From positions 2,457,684 through 2,491,044 of the forward strand of contig NC_068991.1 in the NCBI RefSeq assembly GCF_001194135.2: a stretch of 33,361 nt of DNA, written 5' to 3'. The notes below the pieces were generated by a model. The model saw only the letters and a program-made list of their open reading frames with translations. It did no database searches and had not been told where the DNA came from. Each line of letters begins with the position of its first letter. The stretch's first letter is position 1. The DNA comes from Octopus bimaculoides (taxonomy: Eukaryota). Below are positions 1 to 32,663 of the stretch, in pieces. The position numbers and the translations under genes were made by a program.

Positions 1-249
1 AGGGATCGTGTATCACAGTCAATGTAAAAAACGGGGAACAGATTAGGTTTATCCGTGGAGAGAAAAGCCTACGGAAAAGACCACGGTCACCTCAGGCTTT
101 TTTTTAAAAGGTACATGAAAGTAAGTACCTTCTCTCTTTTTGTCTCTTTTTGTTACAAGTCTATGCTTAAAATGGTGTCGTCTTTCATTCTTACCATTCT
201 TGCCACATTTCCCCATTTTTTATTGAAACTTTCATTCAGTTCGACGAGT

Positions 250-388
250 ATATATATATAGAGAGAGAGAGAGGGGGGAGGGAGAGAGAGATAAACAGAC
301 AGTTAGATAGAGGCAGCCAGACAGACAGAAAAACAGACAGCTAAATAGACAGACAGATAGAGGGACAGAGAGAGAGAGATAGGAGGGA

Positions 389-472
<84 letters not shown>

Positions 473-705
473 AATAGACAGGTAGTCAGATATAGGTAGA
501 GAGATAGACAGTTAGGTCGACGAACAGGTATAGAGAAACAGATAGATAGATAGACAGAGTGAAAGGTAGATAGATAGATAGAACGAAAGAGAGGTAGGTA
601 GATAGACAGATAGTTTTCACAAAGCAGATAGAAGGCAGATACGCAGGGAGAGAGAGGGAGAGAGAGAGAGAGAGAGAGTGATTGAGTGAGTGAGTGAGTG
701 AGAGA
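250..705. repeat. Compound purine microsatellite (GA)n/(GATA)n/(GACA)n
   Basis: Directly visible. Confidence 0.95.
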
Positions 706-777
706 GAGGGATTAACCCAGTATTACGAATAACCGCAAAATATGTAAGATCATATAAATACAGACGCTCGCCCCCAC

Positions 778-1515
778 CTCTACCACCACCACCACCATCA
801 CCACCACCACCACCACCACCACCATCACCACNNNNNNNNNNNNNNNNNNNNNNNNNNNNNNNNNNNNNNNNNNNNNNNNNNNNNNNNNNNNNNNNNNNNN
901 NNNNNNNNNNNNNNNNNNNNNNNNNNNNNNNNNNNNNNNNNNNNNNNNNNNNNNNNNNNNNNNNNNNNNNNNNNNNNNNNNNNNNNNNNNNNNNNNNNNN
1001 NNNNNNNNNNNNNNNNNNNNNNNNNNNNNNNNNNNNNNNNNNNNNNNNNNNNNNNNNNNNNNNNNNNNNNNNNNNNNNNNNNNNNNNNNNNNNNNNNNNN
1101 NNNNNNNNNNNNNNNNNNNNNNNNNNNNNNNNNNNNNNNNNNNNNNNNNNNNNNNNNNNNNNNNNNNNNNNNNNNNNNNNNNNNNNNNNNNNNNNNNNNN
1201 NNNNNNNNNNNNNNNNNNNNNNNNNNNNNNNNNNNNNNNNNNNNNNNNNNNNNNNNNNNNNNNNNNNNNNNNNNNNNNNNNNNNNNNNNNNNNNNNNNNN
1301 NNNNNNNNNNNNNNNNNNNNNNNNNNNNNNNNNNNNNNNNNNNNNNNNNNNNNNNNNNNNNNNNNNNNNNNNTTAGTGGTCGTAGTAGTGATGGCAGTGG
1401 TGGAGGTGGTAGTGGTGGTGGTGGTGGTTGTAAAGGTGGTGGTAGTGAAGGTGGTGGCAGTGGTGGGGATGATTGTGATGGTGGTGGTGGTGGTGGTGGT
1501 GGTGATGGTGGTGGT
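778..1515. repeat. (CAC)n tract 778-831 and (GGT)n tract 1374-1515 flanking an N gap
   Basis: Directly visible; the two tracts are in opposite orientation. Confidence 0.9.
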
Positions 1516-2479
1516 CTGCGCTCCATAGAGTCGTTGGTCTGACAGGTTTTGCCGGCTGAAATGCCAATGGCTGGTGGTTCTTTTGATGTGCTGAGTCTCT
1601 TTAGTTTCTAAGAGAACGGGGGAGTGGGCGGAGGTGGATATAATATGAGGGAAATTTAGCTATCATTTCCAGCAGGTTCGGCAACCGCATAGAGATCCCC
1701 TTCATTGCTTCTTTGGCTTATTATTCTTGAAGTGTTATGTATCTTTTTTTGTAGGTTTGCAAATAATGCATAGAAATGGTCCTATCGAGAGGGCCGAAAC
1801 CACATTGTGATTTAGAGAAACGGAGAGGGAACAATAGCGACCTCAAAGATTAACCATTCTAATATTTCGAGTGCTCAAACATAAGTAGAGTGTTTGTTAT
1901 TTTACAATTAACCGATTGTTTGATAAATCGTTCGGTCAATCAATCATTTAGCTAGATCTGTCGAAGTCCTTTTGTCGTCATTCGCGACCTCATCAATAAC
2001 ATGCTCTTTCTGCTCCAGGTCTGCTTTTGATATATAAAAATAAAGAAGTGAAATATAACTAGTGTGTGTGTTCATTTGTGCCATAATGATCCTCCCGAAT
2101 TACAACAGAATACGGTTCGATATTTTCTGCTTTAGCGTTTGACGCACAGTCTTTTTTTTTTTTATTCCTGTTGAGATGTTTTTGTCTCTTGTTTGATGTT
2201 CTCAGGTGTTTGTCTGAGGTCAACGGTAATTGAGCAAACCGATGCTGAAAGATATAGTCCATCCGTGACCATCCGGTCTTTTGAAAGAGTATGTAGAATT
2301 ACATAATCTGATGCGTCCTGAGCTTATATAAAAGGAAGGAGTGGGGTTTGGTAATTCGAGGGAGATTTGGCTGCTATTTCTAACGTTTGAAGTGATCACA
2401 TGGAGGTTCTGTCGTTAACTGCACCGGTTTTGTTGTTTTGGTGTTGATGAGTTTTGGAATGTCGTCACTGCAAATTCTT

Positions 2480-2892
2480 AAGAGAGTAAGAGAGAGGGAG
2501 AGGGAGAGAGAGAAAAGGGAAAAGAAAGATACAGAGAAAGAGAGACGGAGGAAGAACGAAAGAAAACAAGAGAGAAAGAAAGAAAGAAACAAAGAAGGCA
2601 AAGGAAGAAGTGGGAAGCGGACAAGTAAAGTAAGAAAAGGTAGAATATAGCCAAGTGAGAGGGAGAGAGAGAGGAAAGAAAAGAGAAAGAGATATGGTTA
2701 CGTAATATGATATATTGGATGAAGACAGGTAGAAACAGAAGACGATTGAATGAGAGAGAGAGAGAGGGAGGGAGGAAGAGAGAGAGGGGTGAGAGACAGT
2801 GATGGATAGACAAATACAGACATCTGCATAATATAGCGATATATAGGCAGACAAACAGGCAGACAGACAAAGAGACAGGCAAGCATGCAGGC

Positions 2893-2988
<96 letters not shown>

Positions 2989-3075
2989 TCATACATACAT
3001 GCATACATAAATACATACATACATACATGTATGTGTACCTACCTGCTTACCTAATTGTCTACATAGAAAGAAAGG

Positions 3076-3107
<32 letters not shown>

Positions 3108-3250
3108 CAAGGAAAGAGAGAGAGGAAGAGGGAGCAAAAGAAAAAGAGATACGTACTGACCGGCAGATGCGCAGATAGATTCAGATATACATACAGAGAG
3201 AGAAAGAGAGAGAGAGAGATCGAATAATAGATGGATAGACAGATGTATGA

Positions 3251-3317
<67 letters not shown>

Positions 3318-3320
3318 TAC
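2480..3320. repeat. Purine-rich compound microsatellites (GA)n, (GACA)n, (GATA)n, (TACA)n
   Basis: Directly visible; source of several spurious SIYL/RERE ORFs. Confidence 0.95.
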
Positions 3321-3771
3321 AGCTCACTCAAAAGTTATGTAAATCACACTTGGTGTACAAGCAAACATAGCTAAGTGTATAAGTGTGTGAGTTTGTAAAT
3401 AACCATCTGTCTCTGGTGGCAGTGGACAGCTTCGACTGGTGGAAAATCAACAGATTGATCTGTTCAAATATCATTCCGTTGTTATAAGGTAATTCGATAG
3501 AGGCTCTCAGAGTTAGACATGTGTGATTTCATAGTCATACTAATACTACAATAATAATGTTTTTTTTTCTTAAACATTGACATAAGTTCTGTGGTGGGTG
3601 TATGATATATTAAGAGTGTAAATTTGTCTCAGTTGATAAGTAGCAGGAAGATGGGAACATAGCCGTCTCCAGTGAAACCTTTCTTTGGAGAAGGAAGTGT
3701 TTTAAATGTGAAAGAAGGATAAATATGTGTGTGTGTGTATTAAAAATGGGGAAGGCCGGCTTATGAGATTA

Positions 3772-3933
3772 CCTAAGGTTTCCTGTCCATAAAGGGTTTA
3801 GCTTTATCATCTGATCCCAAAAAACCCGTCGGCCCAAGGCCTCCATATTTTTAAGAAGTCTTGGACCAACAGGTTTTTGGGTTCTGACGATACGCCATTA
3901 AGCTAAACCCTTTATGAGCGGGAAACTTAAGGT
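3772..3933. repeat. Imperfect fold-back (MITE-like) element
   Basis: The left arm cctaaggtttcctgtccataaagggtttagctt...cccaaaaaacccgtcggcccaagg is the approximate reverse complement of the right arm cttggaccaacaggtttttggg...aagctaaaccctttatgagcgggaaacttaagg. Confidence 0.85.
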
Positions 3934-3963
3934 ATATACATCCATCCATAGATACATATATAC

Positions 3964-3996
<33 letters not shown>

Positions 3997-4139
3997 TGTA
4001 TAATGCTTCAAAATGCCAACTAAGCCTGACAACTACAAGCAGACCAGAACTTCGTGAATACTCTCAATAGTTACCTTGTAAAAATTACTAATAGTAACTC
4101 GAGATTAACCCCAGAAATAGACTCGGAAGAAGATTCGCC

Positions 4140-4300
4140 GGAGTCAGTAAAGTGTGGCGGATCTCCGTCGGTTTCGAGGATGAGTATTCAGTTGTCCAAT
4201 CAAATGAATAACCTGTTTCTGAATCAACTTGTAATTGGCTGGGTATTCCAGAGATACACATACCCTTAATTTAATTCCCAACCAGGGTCACATGACAGTA
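4140..4300 (-). mobile_element. Degenerate body of family B SINE-like repeat
   Basis: gtcggtttcgaggatgagtattcagttg...gagatacacatacccttaat aligns by eye with 31704-31815. Confidence 0.6.
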
Positions 4301-4342
4301 CGTATGAGAAAGCTGTACATTTTGTGATTATAGATACAATTC

Positions 4343-4512
4343 GTCCGGGCTTTTATACAGTTTTTGTCTACCCAGTGACACTCCCAAGATACGAGTCGAC
4401 CCAAAAGCATATAAAATGACACTTATTCATGATATCATGAATGGGATCGAACTCAGAACCTACCTTGCGCTTGCGAAGTGAATATCCTAACCATTCGGCC
4501 ATACTGCGCCAT
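4343..4512 (-). mobile_element. Degenerate family A SINE head
   Basis: The reverse complement has A box tggccgaatggtt (4489-4501) and B box gttcgatccc (4443-4452); the body resembles 13240-13350. Confidence 0.65.
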
Positions 4513-5100
4513 CATTAAGTATCAATATATATAACGTAGTTAATGATGCTGTTAAAAAGTGATTTAGAATGCCATGTTTTGATAATTCATCCTAGAGAGA
4601 TTATAGATTAATGGAAATAAAACTGGCAATGGGGAGCAGAAACTGTTGCCAAGAATATTGACAAACTTTAGAGAAGCTAAAGGAAAATATTTATGTAAAT
4701 AGAATAAATGTATGCAAATAGAAAGCTACATGATGGTTGAATGTAGTGTTATAGACTCACATGCATCCACACACACACACACACACAAACGCACGCATAC
4801 AAGTACATACATAAGTGTATATANNNNNNNNNNNNNNNNNNNNNNNNNNNNNNNNNNNNNNNNNNNNNNNNNNNNNNNNNNNNNNNNNNNNNNNNNNNNN
4901 NNNNNNNNNNNNNNNNNNNNNNNNNNNNNNNNNNNNNNNNNNNNNNNNNNNNNNNNNNNNNNNNNNNNNNNNNNNNNNNNNNAAGTGTCCCAGGAAACAA
5001 TGGTCAGACTTGTGTGCGGTTTGATTCCAGGATAAGTAAGTCTTATTTAGGAGAAAATAAGAAACATTCCAAAAAGTAGACAAATCCTCAGGATATTATT

Positions 5101-5348
5101 AAAACTTTTATATCTTCATATTTTCTACATATGTTTCGATGAATACATTCAAAATACGTCCAACAGGAAGAATTATGGTTAGCTTAAGCAAAGGATTAAC
5201 TGGACATCTGTAAAAATGTCTATTTGATGAGTGTTGTTTATATCTTTCCTGATGAGACTGATGCATAGCTGACCATAATTCTTCCTGTTGGACGTATTTT
5301 GAATGCATCCATCGAAACATGTAGAAGATACGAAGATATAAATGTTTT
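5101..5348. repeat. Inverted repeat: about 84-bp arms (5101-5184 and 5267-5348) with an 82-bp spacer
   Basis: cattcaaaatacgtccaacaggaagaattatgg is matched perfectly by its reverse complement in the right arm; the flanks match with a few substitutions. Confidence 0.9.
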
Positions 5349-5469
5349 GAGCGTTTGTCTCCTTTCTCAATCTTCCCTACATACATATATACATATAAGT
5401 ATATATGTGTGTTCGTGTGTATATATGTATATATTAGATAAATGTATACTCATCAGGACGAATGATGGT

Positions 5470-6533
5470 TTTGGGCCCGAAGCAAAGGAATAGCAGACAT
5501 CAAGAAACGTTTCGCTTGGTATTTATACGAATTCTCATTCAATGGCTATCCTCAATCCGTCGACTGTTGTGGTTTTTGTACCAGAAACTTATCTTTTAAG
5601 CATCCCCAAATAAAAAATGTCTAGTGGTGTGACACGTTCTGTGAACGAGAAAGCTATTCCACTGAACTTCTTCGTGCAATCCGCTTGTTTTGCAAGATCA
5701 TATCAAAGTAATCCCTTACTTTACTGTGCTAGAAATAAACTCCATATCAATAAAGTCTTATTTGGCTGGTACAACAGATTGTCGCAGCAGGTTCAAGTAA
5801 ACAGAACTAGTGACAGTCCCGTAGAAATGGAATGGTTCAGTTAATCCTTTGCATAAGCTATAGCAAACTGTAATTTCTCGTAAATGAATATTGATGTTCC
5901 TTCATAATACGCAAATTCTCAAGACCCCAGTAGATGCAATTATGGCAGTTAACTGTGCCATTTAATTTTAGTGTAGCCTCCTCTCTCCAAACAATCTTTG
6001 ATATAAAGTCAGTCTTCTAAATAACTTGCAAAATGCCACTCACAAATCTCCACTCTTATGTCCGGATCGTCTTAATTGAGAGCATGGATTATTCTCGGAA
6101 GGTAACTTTTCCAATGACACCGCTTCAAAATGCAGTGGGTGCAGCACTTGGAAATCGTCTCATCACTTGCTTTCCGCACATTATTCTTGAATTCAGCTAA
6201 TTCGTTCCAACCATTCTTGTTTGCTTTGTAGAGTTCGTCGAAGTCCACGATCTTCTGTAACGTTTCTTCCGGACATTTCCATCTGATTTAAGCTTATCTC
6301 TAATTCGAGTGATGGTTAATCGTTTAGTTGGATCTATTTGACAATTCCTTCTAAACTGTTTTTGCACTTTGGCTTCACTTTCAAATTTTTAATAGCAATT
6401 TAGTCTAAATTCCCTATGTACAAAGCCTATTCTAGCTCAATTCATTACTTCTAACGGGCTAAATCTATAATAATATGAAAATGAAGTAAGTTATAAACGG
6501 TTAAAGTGTGTATATATTTTTGCGGCAACTTGT
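5470..6533 (-). mobile_element. Decayed Tc1/mariner-superfamily transposon (DUF4817-type N-terminal HTH plus DDE domain remnant)
   Basis: Minus-strand translation with stops and frameshifts gives [92 protein letters not shown] and TPLD..., motifs of this transposase type. A TIR-like end lies at about 6500-6533. Confidence 0.8.
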
Positions 6534-8139
6534 ATATAATCAGACAGATATAAACATCAATATATGTCAGTATATAAGTATATGTTTATAAATGTACACT
6601 TATACACATACATGTACATTTACACATGTGCATTTACTCATATCTGTGCACGTATGCATACATACATGCACAGACACGTATGTATATATACAGACATGGA
6701 GGTGCTGTTAAATACACAATCGAGAAAGCAGTTATCAAAGCCAGTATTGATCAGGTACAAACAAATAAAAAGTAGGTTAACGAATATATATGTTTAGTGT
6801 TACGTAACAGAATGACATATCGGACAAATCAACTATTTGAGATAACAACTAGGAATAAACAATGTATTAAAAAGCAAACATAATAAAAGACTAATTATAA
6901 TCGCAGCGTCATATATGTTAATCCATTAGGAAAAAATATCGGTTAAATGTTAACGAATATCTGGCATTTTAAGACAAACAATAATATGGTTTGGTGTGTG
7001 AAGGAATCTTAGAATAAAAAATTTAGATCCTCCGCGTATCGTTGCTCAGTTGGACATATATAAATAATAATAATCCATCTAACATTAAAAACAATATCGC
7101 CAATCCTTCAATTTCCAGATATAATCTGACAAAGAAGTTTAAATTATTGTATTAGGATTCTGAAAGGAATGCGTATGAGAGTAAAGCCAAATTTTATAAA
7201 CATTTGCAGTAAATCATATGTAAGTTAAGCAGTAAATCTAAGTAGGCTAAGCCAGGGTTGAAGGCAAGTCACCTAACCAGTCCACAACTTATATGCTCAT
7301 GGCATTTACATCTGAAATAAAATCAGCTCTAGTATAATAGATGTTATTAACCATATATATACTCTAGCGGGTAAGTAATGTTGACGGTCACAAAAATGGC
7401 AAAACATCCGATGTCTATCACTTCCAAATGGGATTGAAGGTGAGTTACCTCGCCTGTCTATGACTGGGGTGTTTTAACATCCAAGGCTTTGAGGGTGTAT
7501 AAACTTTGCCACGCTATTGCAGCCACGAGAAAATTTCCCCTTCTTACACATGCATGTGTTTCTTCCCTCCCTACAAACTTATTTTCGCATGCACTACATA
7601 CTTATTGATCGCTCTACCAAAGGCACAAATACCATCCAAAGATACTTCCATAAATCCCAAATTCTATTTTGGCTTTTGTGGGAGCAACTGCCTTCGAAGA
7701 CTCATATTGTAGTTCAATGCTCGAAATGAGGAGTAGATAGACAGCCGACAACTGATGAAGGGTCGTTCTTTATGTAACTTGTCCTGTTTTACATTTGTTT
7801 CTCTCGTTGTTTGCGTATTCAGCTCATTTGTTTTCGTATTTCATGTTGTTTACGGTTTGTAATATCCTGTACCCCCCCCCCCNNNNNNNNNNNNNNNNNN
7901 NNNNNCCCCCCCCATATATATATACATGTGGTTCTACACGTGTATATTAATGTATATGAATGCGTACATATGTATATCCGTGTGAATGTGTTTGCGTTTG
8001 ACTGTTGCAAGATTCCTGATGTGTAATCGTGTGTTGAAATATATTGTTGCTGTAAAAAACATAAATCCGAAAGAAGAAGCAAACTCTAAGATATAGAGCA
8101 GTACATATTAAAGATGGCGGAAGGGCGGTTTATAGGATT

Positions 8140-8226
8140 ACCGTAGGTTTCCCGTCCATAAAAGGTTTAGCTTTATGGCGAACTGTCAGATCCCAAAACC
8201 TGTTGGCCCACGGCCTCTAAGGTCTT

Positions 8227-8228
<2 letters not shown>
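8140..8228 (+). repeat. Single-arm copy of the 3772-3933 fold-back family
   Basis: accgtaggtttcccgtccataaaaggtttagctttatggcg...cccaaaacctgttggcccacggcctc matches both arms of the 3.8 kb element. Confidence 0.75.
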
Positions 8229-8229
<1 letters not shown>

Positions 8230-8284
<55 letters not shown>

Positions 8285-8636
8285 TATATATATGTATTTA
8301 TATACAGAGAGAGAGAGAAGGGGGGAAGAGACATTTGTGTGTATGTGTGCGTTTGTATTTAGGTGTATCTGTTATCTATTATGTGTGTATTGTAATCACT
8401 GTGAGTGTATAGCTGCACATGATAACGTGATTTACTATGAGAAAATGTAATAAGTGACAAAACGGCCATTATCACCGTTGCTGTCCTTGGAGACTTTACT
8501 GATTAAGTGTGGTGTGTGTGTGTTTGTATGTGTGTGTGTGTGTGTGCGTGTGTATGTATGAATGTACGTATCTATCTATCTATCTATCTATCTACCTATC
8601 TATCTCTAACTATCTATCGATCGATCTATATATATG

Positions 8637-8710
<74 letters not shown>

Positions 8711-8720
8711 NNNNNNNNNN

Positions 8721-8769
<49 letters not shown>

Positions 8770-8851
8770 TAGATAGACAGATAGATAGATAGATAGATAG
8801 ATAGATATGCACAAACATATATAGATGTAGATGTACCTATGCAAACTGAAC

Positions 8852-8946
<95 letters not shown>

Positions 8947-9325
8947 ATGTGTGTGTGTGTTTGTATAAATCATTTGTCCAAGTTGTATAACAAGAAGTTG
9001 CGGAACCACATCTGACAGCAGAATCCAAATATTATATATATGTATATATATATATTTGTGTGTGTGTGTACATGTATGTACGTATGTATGTATGTATGTA
9101 TGTATGTATGTATGTATAGATATCGATAAATACACCGACAGACAGACAAACCGACACTCCCTCACGGTTTCTCGCACGTGCGATCACACAGACACAACCA
9201 CACACACACACAACTACAAACACATACATACACAAGTACACGCACGCATATATACAAATACATCTCTCTCCTCATTCACATACCCTGTCTGTCTGTCGGT
9301 CGGTCTCTCTCGCTCTCTCTCTCTT

Positions 9326-9356
<31 letters not shown>

Positions 9357-9390
9357 ATCTGTGTGTGTGTGTGTGTGTGTGTGAGTGTGG
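8230..9390. repeat. Compound (TA)n/(CA)n/(TATC)n/(TATG)n microsatellite cluster
   Basis: Directly visible. Confidence 0.9.
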
Positions 9391-9744
9391 CTAATTTATT
9401 ATGTATTTTCACTACTAGTGTTATATATACATGCGTGTGTGCGTGCGCGCGAGCGTGCGTATCCGTGTGTTTGTATGTAGTTTATATACATACAGGCATA
9501 TCTTGATTCATGAGTGTCGTATAGGTAAATAAATGGTGGAAACGGGGCGAGGAGTGGCGCGTAGCTTCTTTTATGTCCAATCTATTATCTGCTTGTATGT
9601 TTACACGCTTGTATATCTCAATGAACTGAGATTAGCAGCTGGACAGGCCTGCTACACATACACACACGCACAGACATATATACACACACACACAGAGGCT
9701 GTTATCAATACACACACACACACACACGGTGTTCTCTTGATATA

Positions 9745-9777
9745 TATATAAATAGGAAAGGAAAATATATATCAGTT
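9745..9777 (+). promoter_or_regulatory. Putative core promoter: TATA box (TATATAAATA 9745-9754) and TCAGTT initiator (9772-9777)
   Basis: The TATA start lies about 29 nt upstream of the A in TCAGTT (9774) and about 80 nt upstream of the signal-peptide ATG at 9825. Caveat: the TATA sits at the end of a short (TA)n run. Confidence 0.55.
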
Positions 9778-9824
9778 CCCGTCTTAAACCCTATTTAGTC
9801 GATCAGTTTGTTACCGAATACACT

Positions 9825-29257
<19,433 letters not shown>

Positions 29258-29419
29258 AGTCAGGTAAGAATTTTGCAGTTACCGGAGCTCGCTTTTCAAC
29301 CATGTGGTTTTCGGGTTAGCTCCCACTAAGGGGCATCAATCTTCTATACAACAATTTGTACAAACCAGATTGCGAAATATTTTCTCTCTTTAGTTCAAAT
29401 TATTACCTGAATAGTCATA

Positions 29420-29645
29420 ACGTCCGTCAGCTGTTCGACTAACATAATGTTAAGGTCAGTTACAGGTGCATCAACAATATATCTAGTGCTGTGAAGCAAC
29501 TTCGCGAAAGCATTGCAATCAAGCACAATACGAGGGGAATCGATATGCAAGGTTCACCAAGTAAGCAAAATGTACAGGAAAAGAGTAATGTTTATCGTAG
29601 TGATGGATCTTCTAGCAACATATTGATCCATGCTGACATTCCTCT
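29420..29645 (+). mobile_element. Possible Penelope-like element ORF remnant
   Basis: NVRQLFD*HNVKVSYRCINNISSAVK resembles the Penelope RT-to-GIY-YIG linker (IFNRNxVKxSYSCMxNI). Heavily decayed. Confidence 0.4.
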
Positions 29646-29778
29646 TTAAGAATTTCAAAGAGAAAAGCACCGGCTTCGAAATATTAAAAGCGTTAAGTCA
29701 CTCAATTATTTTCCTTTCCTACTCACATACGCCACAGAAACTTGGAACTCAGCCTTAAGAGCCTAGGGCTCGGAAAGG

Positions 29779-29779
<1 letters not shown>

Positions 29780-29850
<71 letters not shown>

Positions 29851-29881
29851 GCCTGCCTACCTGCCTGCCTGCCTACCTGCC

Positions 29882-29916
<35 letters not shown>

Positions 29917-30052
29917 TTATGTGTTAGTATGTCTGTCTATCTATCCATCTATTTGTTGTCAGTATGTCTGTTTGTCCATCTGTCTGTCTGTCTGTCTGTA
30001 TGTATGTCTATCTGTCTATATCAGTCTATCTATCTGTCTGTCTGGCTCGCTG

Positions 30053-30105
<53 letters not shown>

Positions 30106-30195
30106 TTCTCTGTCTGTATGTCTGTCCGCCTTTCTTTCTGCTCCCCCACACCTCTCTCTCTCTCTATCCCTTTGTGTGTCTATCTATCTATCTAC
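29780..30195. repeat. (TATC)n/(TGCC)n/(TGTC)n compound microsatellite
   Basis: Directly visible. Confidence 0.95.
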
Positions 30196-30333
30196 CTACA
30201 CAAGAAATATGTTAGCACTTAAAAGCCGTACTCATTTAGATATGGGTTACGCCAAATATTACATACAAATACATTTACATAGATCACAATTTATTTTAAC
30301 TGATATTTTTTTTTTCATTGTTTATATTTTCAG

Positions 30334-30410
30334 AGATTGTTTGCTGTTTGCATCAGGAAACATAATAGATCGGATGAATCAATTAAATGACGTATATACA
30401 CAGATTAGTT
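30334..30410 (+). other. Probable terminal (3' UTR) exon of the cystatin gene with ATTAAA poly(A) signal at 30382-30387; 3' end approximate
   Basis: Long T-rich tract ending ttttcag| at 30333, downstream of the 29264 donor. ATTAAA is followed by T/GT-rich sequence. Confidence 0.45.
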
Positions 30411-30447
30411 TCTATTGGTTATTTTTGACTGTCTTATAGCATTTTCA

Positions 30448-30489
<42 letters not shown>

Positions 30490-30522
30490 CTCTGTCTGTC
30501 TATCGCCCTCTGTGTGTGTGTG

Positions 30523-30559
<37 letters not shown>

Positions 30560-30945
30560 NNNNNNNNNNNNNNNNNNNNNNNNNNNNNNNNNNNNNNNNN
30601 NNNNNNNNNNNNNNNNNNNNNNNNNNNNNNNNNNNNNNNNNNNNNNNNNNNNNNNNNNNNNNNNNNNNNNNNNNNNNNNNNNNNNNNNNNNNNNNNNNNN
30701 NNNNNNNNNNNNNNNNNNNNNNNNNNNNNNNNNNNNNNNNNNNNNNNNNNNNNNNNNNNNNNNNNNNNNNNNNNNNNNNNNNNNNNNNNNNNNNNNNNNN
30801 NNNNNNNNNNNNNNNNNNNNNNNNNNNNNNNNNNNNNNNNNNNNNNNNNNNNNNNNNNNNNNNNNNNNNNNNNNNNNNNNNNNNNNNNNNNNNNNNNNNN
30901 NNNNNNNNNNNNNNNNNNNNNNNNNNNNNNNNNNNNNNNNNNNNN

Positions 30946-30988
<43 letters not shown>

Positions 30989-31208
30989 GATGAAACTGAT
31001 CAGTCGATAGAATTCTGTAATGAAATAAAATACTTGAAACAAAAAACTTTGTGTTTGTTTGTTTACTGTTTATATTGATGTGGGTGTATGCGTGTATTTT
31101 TGTCTCATTTCTATCTTTAAATTGTACTCCAGCACACGTACGTAAACACAAACACATAGTTGAACGACATGAACACACATATGCATACATACAAACACAC
31201 ATATATAG

Positions 31209-31284
<76 letters not shown>

Positions 31285-31350
31285 NNNNNNNNNNCACACA
31301 CAAACACACACACACACACACACACATACACACACACACACACACACGTG
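30448..31350. repeat. (TATC)n/(TA)n/(TACA)n/(CA)n microsatellites around N gaps
   Basis: Directly visible. Confidence 0.9.
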
Positions 31351-31694
31351 TGTGTGTGAACAGATATTTATACATACCGTCGAGAAAACTAGTAGTATGG
31401 TTTTTGAATGATAATACCTTGTGGTGTATATTCTGCCCCCTTTGCCACTTTTGTCCCGGCATATATACGGAAACAGTGATTGGTTCGTTATAAACTAGCA
31501 ACCAATGACACTGTAATCCCCACCTTCCATTAAAAAACCTGACGTTTTAGATGTCTGTACGTTTACGGCAATGACACCAACAACAGTTCACAATTGCCAC
31601 AAACAGTGGAAGGAAAATCTACGTGACCATTCATCCAACGAAAAGTAGGAGTGAAATCTCTCTGAAACGTTCCTGTCTGTCATAAAAACTAAAC

Positions 31695-32019
31695 CGGCAC
31701 TTCGTCGGTTAAGACGACGAGGGTTCCAGTTGATCCGATCAACGGAACAGCCTTCTCGTGAAAGTAATGTACAAGTGGCTGAGCACTCCACAGACACGTG
31801 TACCCTTAAAGTAGTTCACAGGGAGATTCAGCATGACACAGAGTGTGATAAGGTTGGCCCTTTGGAATACAAGTACTACTAGTTGTTGCTAAGTGAGTGG
31901 ACCGCAGCAACGAGAAATAAGGCGTCTTGCTCAAGGACACAATGCGACGCTGGAAATCGAACTGACGACCTTACGATCGTGGGCCGAATAGCCCCAACCA
32001 CTAAACCATGCACCCTCAC
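31695..32019 (-). mobile_element. tRNA-derived SINE, family B
   Basis: The reverse complement has A box tggtttagtggtt (31996-32008), B box gttcgatttcc (31952-31962) and a tgtgtccttgagcaagac core. Confidence 0.8.
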
Positions 32020-32167
32020 TCCTGTTAAGCATAAGTTCTTTCATTTTAGTAGCTTCTTTCCTCGAACTGCTGGTCTCTGGAACGCACTACCATCGTCATG
32101 TTTTCCTCTAGTCTTTGATATTCAATCCGTTAAGCTGTCTAACATTCGACATCTTTTGAATTTATAG
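32020..32167 (+). mobile_element. LINE (CR1/L2/Jockey-like) ORF2 extreme C-terminal fragment
   Basis: HFSSFFPRTAGLWNALPSSCFPLVFDIQSVKLSNIRHLLNL* matches the SFFPRT..LWN.LP...FP terminal motif. Confidence 0.7.
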
Positions 32168-32444
32168 GCCCCTTCTTTTACTTTTTTGTGGTCCCTTATT
32201 CTAAAATGATCTCAAGACTTGTTTGGAACAAAATCGTATTAGAAAAAAAACCCAGCAACAAAACAAAACAGAAAGACATCATACTTCCCTTCTTGGATTC
32301 CCGTCTGGTGTAAGTTTTCGGAGATTCTGCACTTGACGCTCTGCGTCAGGTCTTCAAGTTACGTGGATCTTCTCCATGTGACGAAGCTAGTTTAGTAAAC
32401 ATGGAGGAAACGGTAAGACGAAACAAGAAAGAGACATATGTAAA

Positions 32445-32631
32445 GGCGCATGCGTGGATGCGTGTTAAAAGTAGTTTGCCTCTCAACCACATTGCTCTGG
32501 GTTCAATCCTACGGTCTAGCATCTTGAGCAAGTATCTACTGCTACAACCTCGGGCCGAGCAAAGCCTTGTGAGTGGATTTGGTAGACGTATGTGTACATA
32601 TATGTGTGTGTTCGTGTGTGTTTATATATAT

Positions 32632-32663
<32 letters not shown>

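Noticed and set aside
55-261. 68-aa ORF and gtaagt donor-like site at 121
   Set aside because: GTG start, low-complexity hydrophobic tail, and no continuous upstream frame or homology I can recognise.
31950-32019. tRNA genes at A/B-box sequences (also 4443-4510 and 32445-32510)
   Set aside because: No full cloverleaf; each continues into a dispersed SINE body.
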